Source of the DNA: Guillardia theta CCMP2712
Taxonomy: Eukaryota > Protista > Cryptophyta
Reading direction: 5' to 3'
Length of the DNA: 64,000 bases
Assembly (NCBI RefSeq): GCF_000315625.1
Contig: NW_005434601.1
Location: forward strand, 265,833 to 329,832
In this document: positions 1-20,184 of the stretch, piece by piece
Position numbering within the stretch: the first letter of the stretch is position 1
Layout: each line of letters opens with the position of its first letter
Translations under genes and position numbers: made by a program
Notes under the pieces: model-generated
Databases searched by the model: none
What the model was told of the DNA's origin: nothing
Seen by the model: only the letters and a program-made list of their open reading frames with translations

Positions 1-349
1 GGCTCCTGTAAACCAACTTCGGACGACTTACGTGGCGAGGCGGCCAATGTAGCGTGTGTCTTGCTAAGCCTCGGTCCTCTCATGTCTGGATGCTTGGGTT
101 TCACATCCTAGCATACAGTCTATCTCTCATGTGCTCCTCAATTCTGGTTTTGCCAGCCTGAGTGTGCATTAAACTCGGTCTTGAGCAAAAACTGTCTCAG
201 GCTTGTTACAACTAAGGTTGATGTGATATCTGCGTAACTTTGGACTAGGACGTCGGAACACGGTGATGGCATCGGGAGTCCGGGAGTCCCGGCCGCCGGC
301 CCCCGGAGGCTCAGGGCACGTTGGCCTGCCCGGGCGCGGTTCCGGCCGG

Positions 350-450
350 CTCCTCCTCCTCCTCCTCCTCCTCCTCCTCCTCCTCCTCCTCCTCCTCCTC
401 CTCCTCCTCCTCCTCCTCCTCCTCCTCCTCCTCCTCCTCCTCCTCCTCCT
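350..450. repeat. (CCT)n microsatellite in a hemE intron
   Basis: About 100 bp of pure CCT directly before the splice acceptor at 463-464. Confidence 0.95.
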
Positions 451-464
451 CACAGATCCGTCAG

Positions 465-1092
465 GTCCCCATCATCATCTACATCGCTAAGTCTGGGGCA
501 CACGTGGAGCGCATGGCCGACACTGGGGTTGACATCGTCTCGCTCGACTGGACCGTCACCATCGACGAGGCTCGTCGGAGGATCGGCAGAGACGTAGGCT
601 GGTGGGGAGGAGCTGGGAAGGAGCTGAGAATGTTGGCAGATCGGCCTTCAGGGCAACCTCGATCCGGCGATCCTCTACGGCCCCGAGCACATCATCAAGG
701 AGCGCACAGAGAGCATCCTGAAGATGGCTAAGGGAAGGTGAGAAGTGTGTTGTGAGGAGGAGGAGGAGGAGGAGGAGGAGGAGGATGAGGAGGAGGAGGA
801 GGAGGAGGATGAGGAGGAGGAGGAGGAATGGGTGGAACGTGAACGAAGGAAGGAGTGAGAGAGTTGACGGGGAGCGGAAAGGGAGGAAGGGTAGAGGGGA
901 TGCAAGTGCATGATGAGATGAGCGGGAGGAGGGAAGGAGTGGAGAGGGAAAGGAGAAGGTGGGAGGGAGGAAGGGATCTAAAGCGAAGGACGCAGGCATC
1001 ACATCATGAACCTGGGGCACGGTATCGAGGCCACCACACCTCAGCCCAACGTGAAGTTTTTCGTCGACACAGTGCACGCGTTCAAGCACTGA
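465..1092 (+). CDS. hemE: Uroporphyrinogen decarboxylase, last three exons (465-593, 640-737, 996-1092); 5' part lies upstream of the window
   Basis: Spliced at GT-AG sites gives [107 protein letters not shown]. The SLDW, QGNLDP and NLGHGI motifs are UROD signatures. Confidence 0.95.
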
Positions 1093-1292
1093 GCTCGAGG
1101 GAGGGAGGAGCAGCAGCAGCAGCAAGCCCGGCAAAACCAACAGATCCGCTTTCTTAAATTCCTCGCACGAGTTGCGCAGGACTAACCGATGTGACCACAT
1201 GCTATCAACAAGGAAAAATGATCTCCTGTTCTCCGCGCTCCTTCTCTTCGACCCCCGCTGGCCGCAAGTGGCTCTCAAGCCCGCTGCCCCTC

Positions 1293-2914
1293 CTACTTGC
1301 CGGAGGAGGCGTTGCTCCCTTCTCTCTTGGGCACTAGGTGCTTCACAGGCACAAAGTAGTCGTGCTTGAGAGCGTCGGTCGGGCTGATCCGCGTCTTGTG
1401 GTCGTACCGCAAGCACCTGCATCCTGTGAGCAAGGGAAGGAGTCGAGGGTGGGACTGACTGGTCGAGGAAATCGATCGCCTCAGGGCTGACAAGGTGCTG
1501 ATTTTCTCTGGTCACGAACGACTGCCAGCTCTTGCGCGGGTGCTTGCCCAGTATGCCATCGTAGTGTCTATCCAGCTGAATGTCGTACTGCACAGTAGAG
1601 TGAGCGAGGAACTACGGGAGAGGCACACGTGGGAGGGGAGGAACGGGAAGGAGGAGAGAGGGAAGGGAGAGAATGAGGCAGGTCACCTTATCCAAGTAGG
1701 CGAACAGGTCGTCTGTGCCCAACACCTTAGCGATCTTAACGAGTTGATCATAGTTATCATGTCCATGGAAAAATGGCTCCTTGCGAAAAATCTGTTCCCA
1801 GGCGTGTCAAGCGTGCTATTGTAATCATGGCTGAAGCAGAGGAGCGAGGTTCTTACCATTCCTGCAAACATTGCTCCAAGACTCCACATGTCAAGGGAGT
1901 AATCGTATTCACGGAAGTCCACTAGCAGTTCAGGTCCCTTGAAGTATCTGCTCCAGCTCTCCGTCAGGGACACACGGCAGGGGACAGCAACATGTCGACC
2001 TCGATGCTACACGCACGTTGTACTCCGTCCCTGGGTAGAAAAACTCGGCAAGACCCCAATCGATCAGACGTAACTTGCGCTGAGAGTGATCGATCATGAC
2101 CTGCGGTCTGTCAGAACTCGACGGGGGCGAAGTGAAGGGCATGCGCACATTGTGAGGCTTGACGTCTCTGTGCATGACACCGTTGGCATGTGCGAATGCC
2201 AGAGCCACCAGAAGCTGACGAAATAAGCTAAGGGAGAGAGAGGAGAGGAGAGGAGAAGGGTACCTCATGAATGTAATATCGTATATCCATGTCAGTCAGT
2301 GTTGGGTACAAGATTTTGAAATCTGTGTTTGCTACATGCTCAAACACCAAACTTGGAGTTTTTGAGCCTGGATCGCGAACCTACAGGCCAGTCATCGACA
2401 GATCCACGTGTGTCACATCAACTTTCACTCTTACGGTGTCAAGAAGCTGGATGACGTTCGGACCTCCCCTCAAGTTCTGCAAGATGCGTATCTCTCTCTT
2501 GATCTTTCTTTGTCTACATGTGGTATAAGTCACCAGATCCTCGTCAGACAGCTCTTACCTGACAGGCTTCAGACACTTGATAATGACTTTCTCCTCGGAC
2601 GATACTTTCCAACCTTCAAACACTTCGCTGTACTTTCCCCTTCCCACCTTCCCAAAAGAAGCGAATCACGACTTTGCTACCACTCTCGCACGATTTCATG
2701 ACAAACTATGCAAGAGGCAGCACGATTTCGAATACCTTCCTAATTATTTCATAGTCCTCGCAATCAGCCCAACATATCGTCATATTCTCGTAATCAGTAT
2801 CCGTTAGGAACGTTTGCGGGCTCGCCGCAGCAACTCCACCCCCCTTGTGTCCAACCGTAAGGATACCTCATGGTCTGCGAGCTCTCAGCATACCTGGGCT
2901 GGAGACTTTGACAT
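1293..2914 (-). CDS. CK2A: Casein kinase II alpha catalytic subunit, multi-exon; start codon uncertain
   Basis: Exons encode [109 protein letters not shown] and [10 protein letters not shown]. Stop TAG at 1293-1295. Start at 2914 assumes a 50-nt first intron. Confidence 0.95.
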
Positions 2915-4039
2915 TTCGAACGAAGCTCCCTTACTGCCGAGGGGTCAAGGACCATTCAGGAAGCAAACGGGGGGTACTCGAAGTACCTTCCTGGTTGAAA
3001 AATGGGAGAAAATTCAGGCTAGACCTCGGGCTTCAGTTCGAACTAGAACAACACGGGCTGGACTGGCATTCCGACCCACTGCATGACCTGAGACCTCGTT
3101 AGATTCATAAGCATACCACTTTAAGAAGAACTGAAACGGTATTGAAATCTCTAGTAGGGAACGAGGCCAGAACATGTGATTGTGCTGTGGTATCATTCGA
3201 ACTTATCTACAACTTGCACAATCAAGCTAAGCATAGAATGGATGCAGCTCCATAACTAGATTCTAGAGTCAAAATGCATGACATCACTCGTACAAAAATT
3301 GACATTTTACAAACTGCAAATTCGATCCGGTTTTTGCAAACTTGCGACACATCCCATCCCCAAGTATCGTACAAACGAATGAGAAAACTTAAGAGACCCC
3401 CGCAAACACACAAGATTGAACACCATAACACCATCTTCATGCGAGTTGCATGCAGTCAAGAACACCACTACTCGAATGCAATGGTTGCTTTCGGTTCATT
3501 GAAATTTGAACCAGAAATAGTGGTGTGGCCACGATGGGTTGAGAAGCGCAGAAAACAACAACACGACAACACTCGTTGAGATAAGATGGCAGGGAAGATT
3601 CAATCATGAAGACAAGCAGCTAATGAAAACAATCAGTAATGAGAGGCAGACTCGAAGTGAGAAGGAAGGTGGAGATGGAAAATGGCAAGGTTAGGACAAG
3701 AAGCAGGTACAAAGAGTTGAGCGATATAGAGATGCCATCTATGAGTTAAACGAGGACAACAGAGAGTAGAAGAAGAAAGGAACAGCGGCAGCGGCGGCGA
3801 AAACAAGTGCTGGGGCGAGTTGTTTCAGCTGGAAAGGAAATTGAGGCAGGAGGGAGAAGAAAGCAGAGAAGGAGGAGAGAGTGGAGGCAGGAGAGAGGAG
3901 AGATGAAGAGATCAGAGCACAGCAGAAGCAGGTCAATGGCTTCGCGCCTCCTCCCTTGCTTCTGAGCACCCGCATAAACGCGGCGGGGGAAGGGCATGGC
4001 GGAGAAGCGGCGGAAAAAAAAACAGTTATAGCGGTTATT

Positions 4040-4470
4040 GGGAGGAGGGGTGGGGTAGGGGTCATGTTGGTCTAGGGGTAGTAAAGGTAAACATTGACCG
4101 TGGGGTGATCGATCAAAAATTATATGAGGAGTGGGGTACTTGACACTATTTGATTAGGGTGGGGTGGGACAATAATGAAGGGTAGGGTCCGTTCACTTAG
4201 TGCGTACTCAACCACAATTGGGGTCCTGATTCTGAGAGGTAGGGGTGAGGGTAGGGTTGGAGAAGGGCAGAGGGCCAAGAGTGGGGGTGGGGTGGTACTA
4301 GAGGTAGGATCCAAGACCGTGATTAGGTAAAATTGGTAGGGTACTTGCAGTAACTCAGTATGGTAGGGTAGTCTGACGAGACGATAGAATGTAGGGGTCA
4401 GGGTAGGGGTGATAATTGGGCACACTACCGGTGGAAGGAAGGGAGAAGGTAGGGTAGGGTGGGAGGGAGG
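4040..4470 (+). repeat. Degenerate G-rich tract (GGGGT/GGGTAG words)
   Basis: Many G3-G5 runs followed by T, separated by short unrelated spacers; no coding signal. Confidence 0.7.
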
Positions 4471-4816
4471 AATGGATGTGCGATCAGCGAGGCTGGCAGA
4501 CCAGAGAAGCTCCGTCAGTCAAACGGCGGCCCGGGCCGCGGGCGCCCGGCCCAGCCCGCCGGCCCCGTTTGACTGACTCAAAAACCTTGAACGGAGTCCG
4601 ATCGACAGTCACAGTCCAGTTCAACTGCTCGGCCTCCCGAGCCCCCGGGCGACCGGGCGTGCCGCCGGGTCACGGTGAGACTTGACTCTGTGACAACCGT
4701 CACAGTGAGTCCGACTCAGAGGTTCGACAGATGTTCATCGTCTCAGTCCTCCTCCTCTATTGTTACACTGACGCTCCTCCTCCTCTTCCTCTTCCTCCTC
4801 CTCCTCCCGGAGTCCT

Positions 4817-4971
4817 TCAGATCATCGGCAGGCCTGCACGTCCACGTGTCAACCCCCAGCTGCTCCTGACCGACCATGAGGCCTCACCTTCGAGCCCAAC
4901 TGAGCCTTCCTTCTGGTACTGGCGGATCTCCTCGAGAGACTTCTGCGAGGACAGCCATGAGCAAAGAGAGA

Positions 4972-5028
<57 letters not shown>

Positions 5029-7299
5029 AGCAGGAGTAGGAGGGGATGAACGAGGATGGAAAAAAGGGGGTAAGATGAAGTGGGTGGAGGGAGGGGAACC
5101 TCGAACTCGTCGCAGAAGACAGCGACATTCTTGAAGAAATCGTTGGGCTTGAAGGATTTGGGGTCCTGCCAAGTTTTCAGTGGAAGGAGGGGGAGAGGGA
5201 GGGGGAGAGGGAGAGGGAGGGTGAGGGGGAGAGGGAGAGGGAGGGAGAGCAACGCGGAGGTTTCTACCTCCCCAAAGTACTTGGCGAGAGCCTTGAAACG
5301 CTTGTCGAGCAGCTCCATCTTCTCAGTGACCTGCAGCACATGAGTACTCAAACTCCAGCTGCTCCTCGGCTGACCTCCCCCAGCTCGCCGCTGGCTGTCT
5401 TGTGGAAGTGCGTCATGATCTGCAGGAAGGTGCTGGTGGAGGAGTCGTGCTCCTTCTTGTCCTGCTTCGGCTGCGTCAGGTCCGAGAGCGTGTCTCTCAG
5501 CTCGTCGCAGCACTGCTGCAGCTGGTTCAGCTCCAGGCTCAGCGCTTCCCGCGGGATGTTCGCGGCGTCGCGGCAGTCGCGAAGGTCGTGGCTGAAGTCG
5601 AGGAGGGAGGGCTCTTTGGAGGCGGTGAGGGCGGCGAGGTAGTGCATGAGAGTGATCTTCTTGTTGCTGCCCGAGCGGATCCCCGACAGCATCAACACGC
5701 TCTCAATGCTGAAGCCCTGCGCGTTCCCCAGCTGGTGCCCGCTGTTCATGAAGTTGCCGAGGGCCAGGGTGATCTCGAGGATGCCCTTGAACTTGACGCT
5801 CTCGATGACGCGCTTGGCGGCGGAGGCGACGAGCGTGACTTTATCCTTGAGCTCACTCTTCCTCGCGTTGAACTCCTGCTTGAAGATGAAGCCCTGCACC
5901 CGCGCCTCCACCTTGGGAATCTTCGCCATGGTGTGCAGGAACTGCTCGGAGGGCCCGAGCTTCTCCACTTCGCCCTTGTAGGACTTGAGCATGCGGATCT
6001 CGTCGGGGGTGGGCAGGAGCGTCAGGAGCATCTGCAGCTGCTCGAGGGAGAGAAGACCCTCGTCCAGCGTCAGGATCGCGTTCTTGATCTCCGCGTTGGA
6101 GCTCTTGAACCTGCCAAGAGACTTACAGGAAGAGGAGGGAGGCAGCGAGGGGAGATAAGAGAGGGGGGAGTCGGGGGAGAGGAGGGGAGGGGAGGGGACA
6201 GTGAGGGGGAGATGAGTAGAGCAGAGCAGAGCAGAGCAGAGCAGAGCAGAGCAGAGCAGAGGAAGGGCAGGGCAGCACCTCGACAGAGTGATCGCGATGT
6301 TGTTGGCACGCTTGAGGTCGAGGAGCTGGATTGCCTTCTTCTTGTCCTTGGACGAGCTCGCCTTCATCGCCGCTTTCTTCCTCTTCCTCTCCTCCGCCGG
6401 GTCCTCAAAGAACAACTTGACCAGCTCCGTCGAGTGCTCCGAGATCGCGTCCACTGCCACCGTCTTCTCCGAGGCCCACACCGACTCTCGGAGATTCTGC
6501 GCTGGGATCTTCTTCCAGTGCAAGAGCTTGTTGGGCAGGACTCCCCTTTGCCCAGAAGCCTGTCGGCGGGGGGGGAGGAGGCCCCCCCCCCATCCCCGAG
6601 AGGGGGGGGGGTGGGGGAGGAATACCTTTCCATGCCAGGCGGAGGGGGGGGAGGGGGAATACCTCCCATTCCAGGGAGGGGGGGAGGAGGAGGTGGAGGA
6701 GGAGGAGCGCCTGGTCCACCCATGGGAGGGGGAGGAGGGGGAAGAGGAGGCGACACACTTGAGGCATCAGGAGGATCAGAAGCGTCGGGCTTCTCGATTT
6801 TGTTTCCCTCCTTGGTATCAGCAAGAGCAGGCAGAGGAAGTTCGTCGAGGTCCCTCTCTCCCTGCTTGTCTGCCGTGCGATCTTGTGGTCCATCGGGTAG
6901 ATGCTTCTTGCTGGAGGATGAAGGAGAACCTTTCTTGGAGTGAGGAGCAGCAGGAACAGGAGCACAAGGGACAGGAGCAGCAGGAGCAGCAGGAGCAGCA
7001 GGAGCAGCAGGGGGAAGCAAAAAAACTGGTTCAAAGTTCTTACCTGTACCAAGATTTTCTTGCTCTCCGCCTCCCCTTCCTCGCATTTCTGACTGTTTGC
7101 CCTTCTCCTCCGCCTCTACATGCCCAGACTGTCCCGACCTGTCAGACCCTCCTCCTATCTTGCCGCCGCTGCCTGCACCCAAATCGCCTCCACCTCCCCC
7201 ACATGCACCTGCACCTCCACCACTTCCTGCTCCTCCATCACCTCCAACATTTCCAGCGCCTCCAATACCACTGCTAAACCCCCCAGCTCCTCCTCCTCC

Positions 7300-7346
<47 letters not shown>

Positions 7347-8948
7347 TTTCACCACCACCTCCTCCTCCCCATCCCCCTCCTCCTCCTCCCCATCCCCCTC
7401 CTCCTCCTCCTCCTCCACCACCACCACCACCACCACCAGCAGCAGCCTGTCCTGGATAGAAGGGTTCAGCAGGATAGCTCGCAGCGTTGAACTCGCCAGT
7501 CGCGCTTCCTCCACCGAGATTCCTCGGAAGGGTCGGCAAGGGCGAGAACTCAGGAATCTCTCCTCCTCCACTCATCCGTCCTGCATCGTCGACTATCAAA
7601 AACGGCTGGAGGAAGCGACAAGAAAAGAAAGAAAGCTGAAGACGACCAAGAGTAGGAGGACGAAGAGCAGCCAGGAGGAGGTGGAGGCAGAGGGGCAGGC
7701 GAGGAGGAGGATAGAAATTTACCGGGAGAGGGAGAAGGGACAGCAGGAAGCGCGCGGAAGGGTATGAGATCGGGATGCTTGTCAAACTCGACGGAGTTCT
7801 CGTAGAAGGAGCTGGAGAGCGAGTCGATCCCCGACGCTCCTCCCCCGTTGGTTGCAAACACCGGACGACGAGACCGAGACCGACCAGGAGCCCGCGGCCT
7901 CTGCAGGTTGGCCGAGTAGAAGCTTGACCCGTCCTCGTTGCCGCTCGGAACGTCAGCGAAGGAGGGATTCGGCGTGACAACGCTCCTCGCAATCCTACCG
8001 AACCCGCTGAATCTTCCATCGTCCTCCTCGTCCTCTTCGAAGTCCACGTCTTCTACTGGGACAAGTCAGGAGCTGCGCAAGGAGACAGGCAAGCTCACCG
8101 TCTCTGTCCACGAAGACCTGCTGGGAGACGCTCGGGCTCTGCCTCGAGTAGCTGCCGGCAGCAGGGGAGTTTGTTCCCGACCTACTGTCGCTGCTAGACT
8201 TCTGCCCCTGACCTCTCTGCCTGCTGACGTCAGAACCTGGTGGGCTCTCCGGATCGAAGTCCACTCCTCCCTCCTCGCTATCTGTCAGCCCGTCCTCGTC
8301 GGAAAGGTCGTACGTGTCCTCGTCCTGTACCGCCTCCTTGTTCCCACAGCGAGCCAGCAGAGGCCCAGCGATCCTCTTGATCCACGACTTGCGCTCCTGC
8401 CCGCTCTGCGCAGCTGGACTCGTCGTGGGACTTCTGGCAGCAATCCGAGCTCCTCTCCTCTTCGACGCGCTGATGTCCACGATGTCAACTTTCGATGTCT
8501 CAGCCAGCATGACAGACAGACTGCGGAGATCATCCTTTTCGCCTAACAGAAGGAGATCAAAAAAAAGGGAGGGAGAGGTGGAAGGAGAGGTGAAAGGAGC
8601 GAGAGGAGGGAGAGGAGGGAGGGGAGGGAGGGGAGGGAGGGGAGGGAGGGGAGGGAGGGGAGGGAGAGGAGGGAGAGGAGGGGAAGAGGGTGAAGGAAGA
8701 AGATGGAGGATCAGACAGGGGGGATGGAGCCTACCAAGGTTGTGAAAGAACTCTTCGACTTGATCTTTACGATTCGCCGCTCCCTCCTGCAGCTTGAGAG
8801 GCCTCACACCCCCTGCCCCACGTCCACCAACCATAAGACAAACCTGAATGCCGAGAGCTCCGAGAACCGGCTCTACCACGTTCTCCTTGAGCCAGACCTT
8901 TCCCGTCCTAATGCCACTCTTGATCCATTCTCGCTTCGACGCTTCCAT
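4817..8948 (-). CDS. Formin (FH1 poly-Pro + FH2) with acidic and Gly-rich N-terminal region, multi-exon
   Basis: FH2 motifs LHWKKIP, QLLDLKRANNIAITLSR, LPTPDE, LGPSEQF, LALGNFMN, AQGFSIESV, KITLMHYL, LAKYFGE, FFKNVAVFCDEF. Poly-Pro FH1 at about 6560-6760. Start (ATG 8948) and last exon approximate. Confidence 0.92.
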
Positions 8949-9377
8949 GCCGACTTGACAAGCCCCTGCCTTCTTGAATGAAGTGAGGAGATGCTCCACG
9001 AGCTCTCGGGTTGAGCAAGAACAAGGCGACAGGGATGGGAGGAGCTGAAACAGGACAGAGGGGCATGAAGGCGGGGGAGAAGCAGATGCGAGAGAAGGTG
9101 CAGATGCAGCAGAAGTAGAAGCAGAAGCAGAAGGAGGAGGAGGATCAGAAACGGCAGGAGCAGGAGCAGGAGGAGGAGCAGCAGCAGCAGCAGGGGGAAC
9201 ATGGCTTGCCTTGCTATGTCATTTCGCCCTCTAGTATCCGTGGGTGGGGTCATTGCTTGGGAGAGGGAGGGGGTGGGGTGAATCGACAGCATACAATATA
9301 GGGCAGATTTCAAACCAGGGGTTAAAAACGAGGGAAACGAGGGGGTGGGTGTTGTCGTAAGGGAGGGGGTATTTGAG

Positions 9378-9427
9378 CCCTGGATTGGAGGGGTGGATAG
9401 GCACCTATCCACCCCTCCAATCCAGGG
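9378..9427. repeat. Perfect 24-bp inverted repeat with a 2-nt loop
   Basis: CCCTGGATTGGAGGGGTGGATAGG-CA-CCTATCCACCCCTCCAATCCAGGG; the arms are exact reverse complements. Confidence 0.97.
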
Positions 9428-9479
9428 TAAAGAAAAAAAGAATAGTAACAGATCTCCGAGTCTAAAACGTCCGACGAGT

Positions 9480-10395
9480 ATGATCCCTCTGGAAATCTGC
9501 AGGCTGATCCTTGAGAGCGACGTTGAAAGACCTACGTGGTCGGCAAGTTCTTGATAACCCTCATGAGCGACCCTCGGACAAGCACAGCTTCAGGGAGTTG
9601 GAGCTACGACTCACCAACAACGTGCATAGAAGACTGAGGGATACCTGGTGGTGAACTGCCACACGTTCTACTACTCGTGTGGTTCGTGGAGGCGTGTGTG
9701 CAGCTCTACCGCGAGGAGGTGCTTGCCTGGAAACTGGGTCAGGTGTTTTGTCGAGGGGGACCTGCTCTACGTCACCGAGCAGTCCCGGTGACGATGCACT
9801 GCTTCGCAGGAGATGTCAGCCGGTGCACGGTTCCGGAGATGCTGCGATGTAGCGAGCGGTGCGGTCTACCGTGCGGAGCGGTAGACCGCTCCGCACGGTC
9901 TACCCGACGAAGTACGGTCCCGTCGATGGAGGAACTCACCGTTGCCACGTCCTCCTTGCTGTAGGTGGTCGGGTACATGCTGATGATGAAGCCGCTGGCA
10001 GGGATCCCGACGTGGTATCCGCATCACATCCACAGCCTCGAGGAGCAGCTAGTAAGGATCTCCCTCTGCTGGTATGTTCTGTTTTGGACGCTTGCAACGA
10101 GGTCTTCTTCAGGGACCCCTCGTTCTTCCGGTGCCTGTGGAGCAAGGGAAACACCAACGAGCGCAACTACTGCATCATGTTCCTGCGGGAGTTGTTCGGT
10201 CCCTCCAGCTACGAGATGATCGGGATGGCGCCCGACGAGCTCTGCAAGCTCATGTCCGTGGTGCTCGACTCGGACCGCATGATGAAGTTATGCCAGCGGC
10301 ATGCAAGCGAGGTGACCATCGAGACATGTCAGAACCATGCCCAAGACGAGGCGAAGGGGACGACCGTCAGCAGCAAGGACATGTTCGTGATCTAA
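9480..10395 (+). pseudogene. Degraded, apparently intronless gene of unknown family
   Basis: Protein-like segments with C/G-ending codons switch frame repeatedly, from MIPLEICRLILESD through YLVVNCHTFYY and VVGYMLMMKPLAGIPTWYP to the intact tail VLDACNEVFFRDPSFFRCLWSKGNTNERNYCIMFLRELF...KDMFVI*. No microsatellite-filled introns. Confidence 0.55.
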
Positions 10396-10902
10396 CCGGA
10401 CGCGTACGGCTCGATGAAGAGCTTCGGGAGTTGCCGGGTGATCGGTAAGAGGAGGCATGCCTAGCACGAGCGCGTCGATGCGTAGCCGTGGTTGAGCAAG
10501 AAATGCCGATGCAGGTACATGACAATGGTTGCCGGAAGAAAGTAGGATGAGCCGGCTCTTGTTCTTCGCTCTATCACTGGAAGGCGCCTGACGGTCGAGG
10601 CCACAGGAATCCTGCAGTAGAACTTGCTCAAGTCACTGCTGAGCACATGAGGGAGATCTCCTGATGTTGAAACGTGCAAGACCTGACCTCAAGAGACTGG
10701 AAGGCCCTTAGCCACTGCTGCGAGAACTACTTCGCTCGTGCTCGTGCTCGCCCTTGCCCTCGTCTTGCTCGCTCCTCCACATTCTGGTTTAGATTTAGGG
10801 TTGGGGGTAGTGTAGGGTAGGGGGTGCTTGATAGGGCATATGGAGGGGTCCAGAGGTGAGAAACTTGTAAAGAAAAAAGAATAGTAACTCCCAGCTCCCC
10901 CA

Positions 10903-19816
<8,914 letters not shown>

Positions 19817-20184
19817 GGGTTAGTTAGACTAGCGCATGTTTGACCAGCTTTCAAATGTGCCTCTGTCAAGACGGGTACTTTTCTCAGTACTTGACAAGTG
19901 GTGGGGTGGTAGTGTATGTGGATGTGAAAAACTCTCACGATTGAAAGTTTTGACAATGCCAAACAAACATCGTTAGATTCAGAGATAGAGTGAAAGTTGT
20001 CATTCACTACACTTGTTCTCTTCGTTCAGGATTTCACTCTTGTCATTTTGTCCTCTCAGCAAGGCAGGATGACAGTCCTGCCTCCAAACCAAGATGCCTC
20101 GCACTCCTCGCCCACAACGACGGTTGCCTGACAGGCCTCTTGCTGCCCATCTCCACGACAGGGCTGCTCAGCCTTGCTTTATTC

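Noticed and set aside
1-210. Possible LTR end (ATTAAA...TGTTACA)
   Set aside because: No second copy, primer-binding site or coding remnant visible in the window.
169-911. Poly-Arg/Leu/Ser ORFs here and throughout the window
   Set aside because: Translations of intronic trinucleotide microsatellites.
5402-6943. 513-aa plus-strand ORF (also 62085-63710 on minus)
   Set aside because: Antisense shadows of GC3-rich genes on the opposite strand.
7097-7459. Plus-strand poly-Pro ORF as a separate or inverted FH1 gene
   Set aside because: It is the expected antisense reading of the formin's poly-Gly segment, which is in frame and splice-bounded on the minus strand.
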